Below are positions 35,555 through 48,099 of a stretch of 64,000 bases of DNA, one piece after another. A model generated the notes under the pieces. It had not been told where the DNA came from. It worked only from the letters and a program-made list of their open reading frames with translations, and did no database searches. Source of the stretch: Leucoraja erinacea (Eukaryota). The stretch spans positions 31,806,001-31,870,000 of the forward strand of contig NC_073388.1 of the NCBI RefSeq assembly GCF_028641065.1, given 5' to 3'. Made by a program: the position numbers and the translations under genes. The first letter of the stretch is position 1. Every line of letters starts with the position of its first letter.

Positions 35555-35928
35555 GAGACCTAAACAGCAACCTCAGGTGACCTTGCCCACCACCCAAGGT
35601 TTCCATGAGGTCACCAGAGGTTTTGGTCACTCTCCCTAATAGTCAAAAGTGGTTTCCGTATGATCGAGACTTTCTCTAGGTTGCAGCTATTTTTTCATCA
35701 TGATTAAAATTGGCCTTGACTAAAAATAAGTTGCCGTTTTAAAAATCAATAATTTTTTCGTCACAGGTCTAGTCGAAGCCAGTTTTCTTCATAGTTGTGA
35801 AAGGTTTTCAACATATGCGTGGGAGATGGTAGGAGGTTGTAGGTCACCTTGACCTTGATTTTCTTTTTGGATGGAGGGCAAGGTCACTAGAGGTTGTTGT
35901 TTAGGTCTCCTAAGCGAGACAGGGGCTT
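35555..35928. mobile_element. Harbinger-like MITE missing its left tip
   Basis: gagacctaaacagcaacctcaggtgaccttgccc is inverted at gggcaaggtcactagaggttgttgtttaggtctc; right end gagacaggggct-taa. Confidence 0.65.
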
Positions 35929-35939
35929 AAGACTCTATG

Positions 35940-36421
35940 CAAGATTCAAGATTCAAGATACATTTAATTGTCACATGTGCCAGATGGCCCAGTGAAATGA
36001 AATTCACATACAGCCATACAATAAAAAAAATAAAGAACACACACTATAGAATTTGAAGCCGACAATCCCCTGCTGAGAAGCGGCCGTTCCAGATGGCCCA
36101 GCCACTGTGAGGACTCTCCCGACGCCAGGGCAACTCCACCCGGCCAGAACGGCCAGGAACATCGGGCCTCTGTAGAGGCAATAGCGGTGGCCTCAATAGG
36201 CCTGACTTTTGGGAGAACTGGGGTTGGGGACTGGACTCTGTGCCTTTTTGATTTTGTGTCTTTGGAGCGATTTCTATCTTTAATTTGTATATTGATGATG
36301 TCCTTATTATTTATTTTTCTCCGACTATATGTTTTTTTCTCTTCTGTTAATCTTTGTAAGGAGTCCTTGAGATTTGAAAGGCGCTCGAAAATAAAATTTA
36401 TTATTATTATTATTATTATTA
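35940..36421. mobile_element. Two retroposon 3' fragments in opposite orientation
   Basis: Antisense tail (aagattc)n..attgtcacat at 35940-36050; sense piece ending gggcgctcgaaaataaaattt(att)n. Confidence 0.5.
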
Positions 36422-36709
36422 TAGAAGAATCTATAGATGCCCCATAATAGTTTATTGATATAGTTTTCCTTGGAGAAAAATGCATGTTGAATAATTTTTC
36501 AATAAAATCACCATAAAACTGGTCTGCCATTTGCAAGACTGTTACTACAATTTTATGGACATTATGATTACAACATGAGGAGAGTCAAAACTCAAAATTT
36601 AAAAAAATGGTTGGACTTACTTTGCTGTATAAGAAGAAAGTGGGCAACAGTAAATAATTGTACAGTAATAGACTATACAAAACTTATTCATATCAAAGAA
36701 GCTTTTCAG

Positions 36710-36830
36710 AACCACAGCCACTCCACAGTGTTCAGTGCCCAGATCACCCATTTCACCAGCTCCACCCGGCGGGTCTCCGGTGCCAAGTCCACTTTTACAG
36801 CATTGGTCTGCAGGACATTACAGTAACTAG
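36710..36830 (+). CDS. Candidate host exon encoding a Pro/Ser-rich C-terminus (gene not identified)
   Basis: ttttcag acceptor, then TTATPQCSVPRSPISPAPPGGSPVPSPLLQHWSAGHYSN-stop; GC-richer island in AT-rich non-repeat DNA. Confidence 0.35.
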
Positions 36831-37705
36831 CAGCTACTCAGACTGACTTGCGTAAGCAAGCTCTTGGTAATATAAATCGCATAAATCGCCAATCTACACT
36901 TAACACAGTTGTTAATTTCACAATGATTATTCTGAAAATTCTACTCATATTTAGGGATCATTTTAAGTTGACTGCTGCGAGCATAAATGGCACTGGTGCC
37001 TTTACCTGCAAATGTTTTTTCCTCCATTCCATTGAAATGAATGTTCATGCCAAGATGTTTTAAGTATTAACCTTTATCCTTTTTGTACAGGCACTTTCAC
37101 TGACGTGTTAATGGTCTCATTATGATTCTCTACTGTATGTAAATTCAGTCACTCCTGTACACTACTCGCATTGCAGGGCTTTACCTCTGAAAAAAATGAT
37201 AGCAATGTACAAAAAAATAATTAAAAGTTACTTAACCTCTCGTAATACTCTAAATAAGACCTGTTATTCATTTTAAACCTTAAGCCAAATGCTTATCTTC
37301 CTAATCATATATATTTAAAATATTTATATATATTTTACTAATTTTCTCTATTAAGATATGAATCATCATGTCACTATATGGATCATAATTAAGATTAACA
37401 TCATTTAATAAAAGTATGGAGAAGGATTGCATTTATAATTAAATGATAAATACTGTAGGGGCAATTTCAATTTATTTATAATTCCTTTTCTTTACAAGGA
37501 TATATCTGTATAGATCTGTAATCTATTGATTACTCACTATTCAAATAAAATCCAATTCTGTTAGCTAATGTATCAGCTGAAATTATACAAAGTAAACCTT
37601 ACTCAAAATAACTTGGAACTTGAAAATAAATGATTAAAAGTATAAGTGCTGAGCAAATAAAGTATATATTTATATTCTATATATAAAAGCAGAAAGTGTA
37701 TTATT

Positions 37706-37813
37706 ATAGAAACATAGAAAATAGGTCCAGGAGTAGGCCATTCGGCCCTTCGAGCCTGCACCGCCAGTCAATATGATCATGGCTGATCTTCCAAAATATC
37801 CTGTACCTGCCTT
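37706..37813 (-). mobile_element. CR1 extreme 3' end
   Basis: atagaaacatagaaaataggtccaggagtaggccattcggcccttcgagcc. Confidence 0.8.
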
Positions 37814-39984
37814 GAGAGCTATAAAGCTCTTGGGTTTGTGAGGGTCGCTGACTTCTGTGATGCATTTTTATTTTTAGTTCATGTCAACTGATTACTTTCA
37901 ACAACATCGATACTAAGAATTAAAATGATATTGGGGAGATAGGTGAAACATAACACTTGCATCATTTTGACAAAAAATCACGAAGAAAAAGTTTTTTTTA
38001 CTTATACTAATAAGAAATGAGTAGCAACATTTTATGGTAGTGAAGTACAACCATTATACAATGTCCTTCCACTCACCGATTCCTTGCACCTTTAGCATAA
38101 ACCACCACTAGGAGTGCAGTATATAGAAGTTATGTCAGACTTGCAATGAGGCACTATCAATGTACACATGAATCATTTGACATGTTGTATCTTGGCTGTT
38201 GACCAGCTTGATGTTTTCTTCTGAAATAAAAACAGAAAATGCTGGAAATACCCCAAAAATCAGACAGCAAATGCTGAGATGAAAAGAGTTCACATTTCTT
38301 TCAAAAAGTTGCTGTTTTGAAAGTTTAGCTCTATTTTCCTCTCTGCTGATGCTCAAGTGAGCTCTGTTTTTCTCTCTGCTGATGCTCAACTGTTTTCAGC
38401 TTTTTCTGCTTTTTAATATATATTTTGAACAGTGCACGATAAAAATCTGCATATGTTTCCCTTTCCATTATTATTATTATTTCCATTCTGATTGCTAGGC
38501 TAACTGGGATACACACTGAAGGACTGTTTGAAAATAAATTAGAATATTTGTTGATCTATGGAGTTCTATATGAAACGTATTTATTTGTTGAGAATTGTAT
38601 GCAGCACAGTAATGATTAAGTTAGTATGGCCTTGAAAGTTGTGAAGGCAGATTCAATGGATATATTGAATGTGGGACATAGACATTTAAGCTACAAATGA
38701 ATCAAGAGATATGGGGAGAAATGGAAAATGGTGTGGAAGTCAAGATTGGATCAATTATCAAATTACTTCTTGAGTGAGTTCGCCAACAATAATTTGCTCC
38801 AAGAAGTCAACAAGCCCCTGATAATTGCCGGTATGGACCTTGCTGATTGTGAATACCACCAAAGTGTTTTTGCCAGTAGGTTAAAGCATACTCTCAGGAA
38901 GAACAGATGGTCAAAATATCCTCAAAAGCATTTAAGAACACCTAAAAAAGTAACACTGTCCAAATGTTAAAAAGTATTTGATAAATATAAATAACAAAAC
39001 AGCACTTAAACCTTTATAAAACGTTAGGAACCAATGAAATAACATAAATTGCTAATTTAAAATATGCTTTTCCAACTCAAAGCCACCCCTATTTATATAA
39101 ATGAATAGGGTGAATGAACATGCAGGTTCATTGGGAAGATTTCCCAGTGTTCTTGGTGAGAACATGTGGAACTTCAGATTCTGTCACTGGACTTCAGGAC
39201 GAGTTTGCCATAGAAATGCAGTCAAAAAGATAGAGATAATCACATTGGCTCAAGAATCCCAACCTATTATAATGAATAACATTGGCAGTTCTACAAGAAT
39301 TTTTTTTTAGCAGAAATATAGGATGATTCATTTTCCCCTTTTTTTAAACCATTGGAGCAACCTCTGCCAGCATTCAGAATTATTCATATAATAACATTGC
39401 ACAATTTTACATAGCAACAGTGAGTATTGAATGGTATTGATAAAGTAGTAAATGTAGGTTGCTGACCAGCTATTTGAAACTGTAACCTGTCTACAAGAGA
39501 ACCCAGCATTAATCTAGTTTCATTTGTTTAATTATTAATTTAGCATAATTTAGTGACTTAAATAACAATTATAATTTTACCGTTTGTTTACTAATTGTGG
39601 TATTCTAATGATAATTTTGTGGCAAATGCCTCAGTTGATACCATTAACATATCCACAATGATGTATTTTGGTGCACATCAAAAATTAACATGATAATGAG
39701 CCAGACTCATTTTAATTCTTGCTGAAGAATAAAATCTAAATTTTACAATTGTGCAGGGAGCAAATGATTCCAGAAATATAGTTTAGGGAGAGGGGAGAGA
39801 TAGGTGGTTGTGAGGGGAAAAGTGCAGGGTCAAGGTGGTAATGCTTTTTCAGACGACAGGTTTAAGACAATTATCGAGCATTTCTTTAAGGGGATTTATA
39901 ACTAATTTTATTAATTAAATCAGTTGTTAATTTGTGGATGAAAAATAGTAAAACTAGGTTCAATAATATAGAAAAGACTCAGAG

Positions 39985-41225
39985 CAGCACAGTGGTGCAG
40001 CTGGTGGAACTGCTACTTCACAGCTCCAGTGCTTCAGGCAAGGAAAAAACTGCTGACAAAGACCGCTGCTGAATGAATGAATGAATAAGTTTATTGGCCA
40101 AGTATTCACAAATAAGGAATTTGCCTTGGTGCTCTGCCCGCAAATGACAACAACATCCAGTGACAGTTAGGAATGACACATAAAACATTAAACATTAATA
40201 ATAAAACATTATTGATTAAACATGCAAATTAAATAAAATATCAGAGCAAAAGGAGGCTACAGATTTTTGGTTATTGAGTAGAGCTACTACTCGTGGAAAA
40301 AAAAGCTGTTTTTATGTCTGGTTGTGGCAGCTTTGACGGTCTTGAGTCGCCTTCCAGGCAGAAATGATTCAAGGACTTTGTGGCCAAGGTGAGAGGGGTC
40401 AGAGATGATCTTACCCACTCGCTTCCTGTTCCTTGAACTGTACAGTTCATCAATGGGGGGAGGGTTGCAGCCAATAACCTTCTCGGCTGATTGAACAATG
40501 TGCTGCATCTTCCGGATGTCATGCTTGGTGGCTGAGTCAAGCAAGACCATGATGGAGAAGGTGAGGACAAACTCTACGATGGCCATATAGAATTGGACCA
40601 TCATTGTTGGCTGTGGCAGATTGTGCTTCCTCAGCTGCCGCAGGAGGTACATCCTCTGTTGTGCCTTTTTGACTGTGGAGTCGATGGTGGCCCCCGATTT
40701 AAGGTCCTTGGAGATGATGGTTCACAGGACGTTAAAAAACTCCACATATGTGACTGTGGTGTTGTTGATGGTGAGTGGGGTTGAGGGGAGGAGGATTTCT
40801 CCTAACGTCTACTATCAATTGATAGATGTCCGAAGGAAGAGTTCAACCCCAAAACGTATTCTGATCCATTTCCCCCCATGGCCCCTTTACTGCCTGACCC
40901 ACCAACTTTTTCCACCAGTTTGAATTTTGCTCAAAATTCTAGCAACTGCAGTCTCTAGTGTTTCCAGCAAACTCTGGCTCATTCATGGTCCATGGTCCAT
41001 GGTGCTGTCTGTGTGGAGTTTGCTTGTCTCCCCTCATTCCAAAGACTTGTGAGTTTATAGTTTATTGGCTGCAGTAAATTGTCACTGGTGCAAGTGAATG
41101 GTGAGATCTGAGGGGAGTTGATAGGAATGTGATGAGGAATAAATGGAATTGGTAGTTGGATTAGTTTAAATGAGTGCTTGATGGTGGGCACAGGCTGGTG
41201 GACCAAAACATTGTTTTTTCTATGA
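39985..41225 (+). mobile_element. SINE (HE1/V-SINE-like) split by nested insertions
   Basis: tRNA head gcagcacagtggtgcagctgg at ~39985; V-domain tgtctgtgtggagtttgc resumes near 41005. Confidence 0.5.
40070..40822 (-). mobile_element. Rex1/Babar-type LINE 3' fragment
   Basis: MYLLRQLRKHNLPQ..SDPSHLGH..; (attc)n tail; homologous to 29300-30020. Confidence 0.85.
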
Positions 41226-41238
41226 TTTTATTCAATTA

Positions 41239-41430
41239 CAGGTGCACAACCTTTTATCCGAAAGCCTTGGGACCAGGGCACTTTTCGTAAATTCAGAATT
41301 TTTTCGGCTTCGGAATGGAAGATTTTTAGCGTAGTGGTAGAGTTGCTCGGCTCATATCCGCAAGGTCGCCGAGTTTTTGCGCCTCGATCCCGGCAGTTAC
41401 TCGATCGCGAGTTTGAGTCTTTCAATGTTT
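41239..41430. mobile_element. Possible left end of a Tc1/mariner-superfamily (TA-flanked) MITE
   Basis: ta-caggtgcacaaccttttatccg start; no matching right end found before sequence quality drops. Confidence 0.3.
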
Positions 41431-44400
41431 TTTCTTTTTTTCTTGCAGAATAGGAGAGAATAGGGAGGGTTAGGCTGAGATTATTCTCTGTGAGATGATC
41501 TTATGGCGGAGACAGTGTAGGAGAGGTGTACTGACTGTGGGGGTCAGATCTTTGGAAGTGATTTGCCACCATTCTCAAAAGCCGGGTCTCCCTCCATCCC
41601 TCCAACGGCAGAGGATTCGTTTTTTTCCCCGATGGATGCAGACCCAGAGAGAATAACTCCTGGCGACCAATAGAGGTAGTTCCCTCTAACATAAAAGGCG
41701 CGGATAATACACAATGTCGGGACGATCCCAGCCCGAACCTGTGCAACAACCAAGAGAATCAAGATAGCCGCAACACCGACAATATTGCACTCTGAAAAAT
41801 TTGAGGTGGTCTATTCCGCTAGAGTGTGGCGAATCGCTAGGTGAGTCGATCTAGGAGCACCCGTAAGCGCATTGCAGTAGACACCGGAGGGATCCACGGT
41901 CTGGTGCGCCGAGAAAAAAAAGGGCAAAATCACGCTCGGGCTGATGGGCACGGCCACTTGAACCCGGCGAGTAACGAAGAACGAGCATCGAGGGCGGACG
42001 GCGACATGGGACTGGGCCTGACGGCCCTCGCTCCTGGCCAGGGAAAAGGGGCCGAGAACGTCGGACCACAAGAACCCGCTCCCCGAATGGGCCGCGACAG
42101 CGACGTGGAGTTACTTGATACCACACACACCGAGGCGGCGACCCCCCCGGTAGCGAGCCACAACGCCCGGCAAAGCATCTAGTGGAGCGTCGCGGGAGGG
42201 CTCTAGGAGTACTATCAAGGTGCTGCGGGCTCACGGTGGAGTAACCGCATGGTCGGTAGAGCTCCGGGGACATCACTAGCAGAAAACAAGCAAGGCTGGG
42301 GCCCCGCTCGAAGGCCCATGGGAGAACACACACGTCATAGCGAAATGCCAAATACACCAGAGGGAAGGACTGGATGACTGTAGCACCCTGCCAAAATAAT
42401 AGCCCCCGCCTCTGCTCACTGGGCAAAACACGCGGCGCCACAGTTGCGAGCCAGCGCAGGCTCCTTAACCCGGAGGGGGCGCGGAGACGACACAGTGCCC
42501 ACGGTCGGCGCCCCCACGGGGGCGCTGTGCGAGCGCGTCTAGGACCGAGGAACAGTGCTCCGGGGGCACGACGATCGGCGTCTGGTCCGACGCAAGCACT
42601 AAACTTCCGCTGAATTAGATGATTCTGGCGAGCGCGCTAGCGGTGCCCCGCGGGAGATCGCGCTCTGGCTGGCAAGGGGGGCGCGGGTCGCGTCCCGTGG
42701 TCCGCGACAGCACACCGACAGACTGCAACATAAGCAGCCGGACGAAAACAAGTGTGGCAAAACCCCCGCACCAGGGCAATGGGCGGACTGAAGTCGGAGG
42801 AAGGGGTCACACACAGGCCAGGACGCAAGGTGATAAGGTGGAGTAAACACGAAGGGAAGCGACAATCTGCGCGCCCGGCCCGCTGGCATGTTATAAAAAC
42901 GGGGTCCCACGCAAGCCCACGTACACGGTAGCGTGATCAGCCGTAGAGGAACATTTAAACGCACGTGGGCAGGACAGCAGATTTGTCAACGATGTAGTGT
43001 ATCCCTCCACCGTGTAAGCTAAATAGGGTACCAGTACCTTCGTCGAAATGTGAGGAACTGGGATACTTAGTTTCCCCGATGTAAGTGCTGGTCGAGACCG
43101 GGGGGACCGGAAAGGGTGTCCATATGTCTGCGTGCAGGTGTGATACACACGGCGGCGGGGGAAATCGGCAGGGAACCGCCCGGCTCATCCGGACGCGGCT
43201 AACAGGGAGACAGAAACGGTATGGGCAGGACCGGTTGTATTTTTCACAAGGAGCGGCCGAATAATATTCGGCTATTGCAGACAAAGCGTATAGTTTCGTT
43301 ATTTGGAAACTGGGTGCTGCGATTACATCACAGGTTGTATGCACCGGAAAGGGGGAACTACTCTGGACCACCTCTCAACAACCGCCAGTCATGGACAAAC
43401 CCAATGAAGTACATTGGCGATTATTCTCTGTCGGGGTGCCGCGATAGAATAGCTATTCCCATTGGATAATCCGTTACCTCTCAAGCAGGGGACCTACAGC
43501 TTTAAGAACTGTCATAAGTCGTTACGCTCTCGTGCCATCCGCTCCCGAAATTGCTGAACGCGTGCGGAGCCGCGCGCAACGAGGGTCCCCGGTGCTGGCA
43601 GGAGGATCCTCAAGTCTGAGGAATCAGCCAATGTACATGCTCTGAAACGTTTTGAATCTACAAAGTGTGATGAGAAGCACAAACCTGGCATACTGTGCTC
43701 GATGAGCCTTACGTTGCGGTTTCGCTCACATGAAAACTATTCACTTGGGAAGAAGGTGATTAGTTATTAGCGTAGAAAAGACCGACGAGGTGTGCGAAAT
43801 TTAGAATGCTCTGCCCTCAGGAGGGTTATCAACCTCCTACCGACGTTGGAGAGAGGTATAATGATCTACGAAGGAAATGGGAAACAAGTGCGGAAAGTGA
43901 CGTTGGAAAGTGGACAGAACTCATGAAGTAAGGAGATCCCATGATAAAACCGGGGAGTTCAAATGGTGGGAGTATGTGCAAATGGGGGGATGACAAAGTG
44001 GAGTTAAACGCTGATTTGGCATACATATCTCACTGTTCTTAAAAACGATAATAACTGCAGGCCTTCTTCAGGTAGTAGTGCTTGGAAGGACAGGTTGTGA
44101 TGAAACCATTTATATGGGTCCATGGTGCGGAACCCTCGTGTCACATAAGCATACGCTGCACGATGGAAGCATCAGCCAAGGTGTTGTATTTCACGCAAGG
44201 CAAGTTAAGTTCTGCGATACATTACATGCATTGTTGGGCCATTGTGTGTTCATTGCAAAGGCTACTCATGAATGAGGCGATTTTGGTAGGGAGGGGGGTT
44301 GTTTTGAATCAAGAAATGCATGTCTTTCGCAACTTTAACGCACCGCCGGGTCAGCATGACTCAAGGGGTTTGAATCCCTCTTCTATGCTGTCGTGATTGT

Positions 44401-47400
44401 TAGAGATTTTTTGTGGTTGAAACTGCACATAGAAAGGCTAGCCAAAGTGCGTGGGTGTCATTGGTTGTAGTTTCGGCAATGGCACAAAGTGCACATTGCA
44501 AACTAGTAAGGCAGACCTCCTCAGAGACTTCACAATTCAATTCCCCTGACTCTCCATACTCTCCGTTGCACATTTGGTAAAGCTCTCTCCAGATGATCAA
44601 CCTCACGATTTCATCCAGTGGTTTCTTCCATATCCTAAGAGGTACGTGTTGAATGGGTTTGGCACTGTAAAATTGGTCTCTCTAAGCTGTGTAGTTTTTT
44701 TTATACTTGGAGAGGCGCATTGTGTGAGAATTTGGTGGCGCATTAAAAAAACGACAGTCACGTCAATGTCGAATATGTGTCCAACATGCTTGATGATGCA
44801 TTGCGCAAATGGGGGAGGGTGAAGGGCAGCTGTTTTTCGTTCTTCAGAGTTATATATTTTTTATTGACTATGACTTTTTGAAAATAATGAATGGAAGCCA
44901 TTAGTCGGGTTGTGCATTAAAAGGTTGCAAGATTGAATTGAACTGATTGGCAATGACATTCCTTCTTAATTAGGTGTGTGGGGGTCATTATTCTGGTTCC
45001 GCATAGTTACATTGTGAAAAATGGTAACATAACCTTTTTGAATATGTATAACGTGTTGTCTGATGACAGAGACATTTTAATTTGTTTTTGACATATATAT
45101 TGTCAGAGTGGATAAAGAAATTGAGAGGTTTTGTGGATTTGCGCCTCAATCTCTAAAAGTAAGTCCAGCTAAATATGAACTTAAATAAACTTTTGTTTAC
45201 AGGGGGGGGGGGGCTGGGAGAGTTACAACCATTCATTGGTTTCTCAGTGAGTTAAAAGACAGCAACAGAGGGGGTCTGGTGGTGCGCTGTTAAAAAGTAA
45301 ATTGAATGTTTTGTTTAACTGAAGCAGCTGCAAGGAGCTTTGTTCATAGGCCATGGAAAAGTGAGAGGTAAAGTGTGAAATACAAAATCATCAGATGCCT
45401 TATACTTCTGATTGTTCAGCAAATGAAGCATGAGACACAGTTGCATTATTGTGGGTATGATACTTGTCTACAGGGGGTTTGTTTTCAATTCTTCAGAGGC
45501 AGTCCTCAGGAAAGGAAGAATTGAATCTAATTGAAAAATGAGAAAAAAAAAGACTCCCACGACAATGTGGGCTGTACGAAAAGAACACGTTGTTGAGGAC
45601 TCCTGAATTCAAACAGAGTGTGTCGCTGTGTCAGGAACGTAAATTATGTTCAAAGTATCTTTTATTTTAAAAGGACCAAATTAGCACCCTCGTCATAGAA
45701 AGGTCACTCAAAAAGCGACAGCCATTACAGATGGAAAGGTAAGCACTCTTTAATTTAATTTGTCGTGCTTTCTTTCAACAAAATGAAATGTTCTTTGGTA
45801 TGTTTTCATGTTGTCACCTTCAATAATTTTAGTTGTACTTGTCATTTCCAGCTGTGAATCCTGAGACAAGTTGTGGGTGGTTGCTTGAAATAAAACGAAG
45901 TTTTGCGGAGACTATGCTCATTTCGTAACCATTTGTCTCATGAAAACAATTACAATCAACCATTTTTGCTGATCAGACTTGGCAAACTGACGCGGTGCGA
46001 ACGGGGGGTGGGGGGACACTGAGACTGAAGCCCTATTTTCCCTTGAACATGCTGCTGCCTGTCAAATCCAAGTCTGGGTACCATGAGTATAAATCCCCCG
46101 AATGCCATGAATTTATTCTCGCCAGCCGGTTTCCGTCCCTACGGCCAAGGTCTTACCATAGTCATACTATATATTTTTTAAATAATAATTGGGAGCTGGG
46201 AAAACTGGCAATAATGACGAGGAGATGGGGTATCTAAATTGTAAACAGGCTATGATCATCTTGAGTTCATCATATTTCATATTTCATTTTTCTGATGTGA
46301 AATGTTTCGATAATGAAATTTCCATACCTTACCTGTACTTACAAAATACCATATGGTTCTGCAAAGTATGCAATAACAATTATAAGAGCAAAATGAAAGA
46401 GACATCAGAAGCGAAAGCAGTGTGGAAATATGAATTCCTCAGAATTTTATAAGATCCTCAACATATTCTTGAACTATTATTTTTTGTTTCGCATAGTGCC
46501 TGACATCAGTGAATTGTTTTCAAGAACACCTTTGGAGAAACGACTACTGCCCATAGTTAAAATTACATCATCTGCTTAGACTGTGGAGTCCAAATATTTG
46601 ATTTTGTAGTTCGTATAGCTGACCATCTGCACCATGTTGGCGTTGGGAGAAATGTGGTAATTGCACCCCATGAGATTAAATACTAAGCACAAAGGTGCCT
46701 CAACGGTCATCTTGATAATGAACGCCACAATTTAGGAGTTCCATTTCTGGGCGTGGTAATTTCGATTATTGTATATTCTAATTGTAGTATTGTGGTATAG
46801 AGTATTTCCTAAGCTGTTGATTTTTTTAGTATGCTGGGGGAGGGGGGGCGGGGGGGGTTGATATGTTAGATGGCGTGTCCTTACAATTATTAGGAGCTAT
46901 CGAAGTCAGCGAGGAGAGGTCCAGATCAGTTGTTTGCCCCCTCGGGATTAAAGATAAACAGTTTTCTTACCCACCCAACACAGTTAGGAGAATAAAAAGT
47001 TTGTATAAGAATTAGGAGGATGGCGGTATATTTCATCTGTATCTGTATAATACTTCATAAAGACCAATTAAACTGGAGAATATGACTGGGAAGATTTTTT
47101 TTGTGACTATCGGCGTGCTATGTAACTTTCTTTACCTCTGCCGATTCCCGAGTAGTAATGGCTAAATTAAAAGTTGGACCATTGTGGTAGCGAGTTCAGA
47201 AATTGCCGTCTGTTACACGCAATAACTTTGCTTTTGTGTACAACGTGCCTTCAATCGTCACCAGAACAAAATTGGTTCAAACCATTTTTCAAAGGGACAT
47301 TATCAAACACAAGTAAAAGAACACGTGAGCTAAGTCGGCGAGATGGAATACACTTACCGTGCTTCACCATAGAGGTAATGATTTTGTTCCTTAAAGCAGG

Positions 47401-47661
47401 AACTAGAGTTATGAAGGACAGAAAGATTCAACGAGGGACAAATCCCGGCCTAGTGGCTCAACACTCGGAGGCATAGTCTCAAAATGAACTTTCGTAACCT
47501 GCAGTTCCACCAGAGATTATCAAAGTTGTCATAAATGGGAGACTACACATATCTTGTGAGTAATTTTATAGTGGCGTAGAGAAAAAGAAAGTTGAGGCCA
47601 CACGAGATTTTAAAGGGAGCCCATGAGAAATAATAAAATGCAAAGTGTGTAAATAGTAGGT

Positions 47662-48090
47662 CAAAGGCCTGTCCCCACTGCCACACCTTTCAGTTGACTG
47701 TACTTCGACCTGTTCAAGCTCCTAGCGGCACTCGGCTGGAAAACTTGAGCGGTATCAACCGGGAGGGTCGCGATACACTGCGGCTGGATCGACCTCGACC
47801 TCGCACCGCACACGCCACATACCACAACTCGCAAAGTGCCGGGGCCAGGGGAAGCCCGCTGTCCTGTGAATTCATAACTCGCTAGTCGAACAGAAAGGTA
47901 AGAAGACGGACATCGCCGCAAGATGGGTACCAGCCACTTAATTCTACCACTCCAAACAAGTGACAGGCATTTTAATTGGTATGTTTTGTAACAAGTTCCC
48001 AATCCACCCGAGAGAGAGACAATTCGGTAAACTGGAGGACTTCAACCAACTCCTGCCACATGACGGCGCAGGCTACGATAAACTATTTGG
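47662..48090. mobile_element. Harbinger-like MITE remnant (noisy)
   Basis: aaaggcctgtccccact resembles the TIR at 18186. Confidence 0.35.
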
Positions 48091-48099
48091 TTTTAACTG

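Noticed and set aside
41500-44400. GC/CpG-rich block with many ORFs (CpG island or foreign DNA)
   Set aside because: No recognisable motifs; lies in the suspected low-accuracy region.
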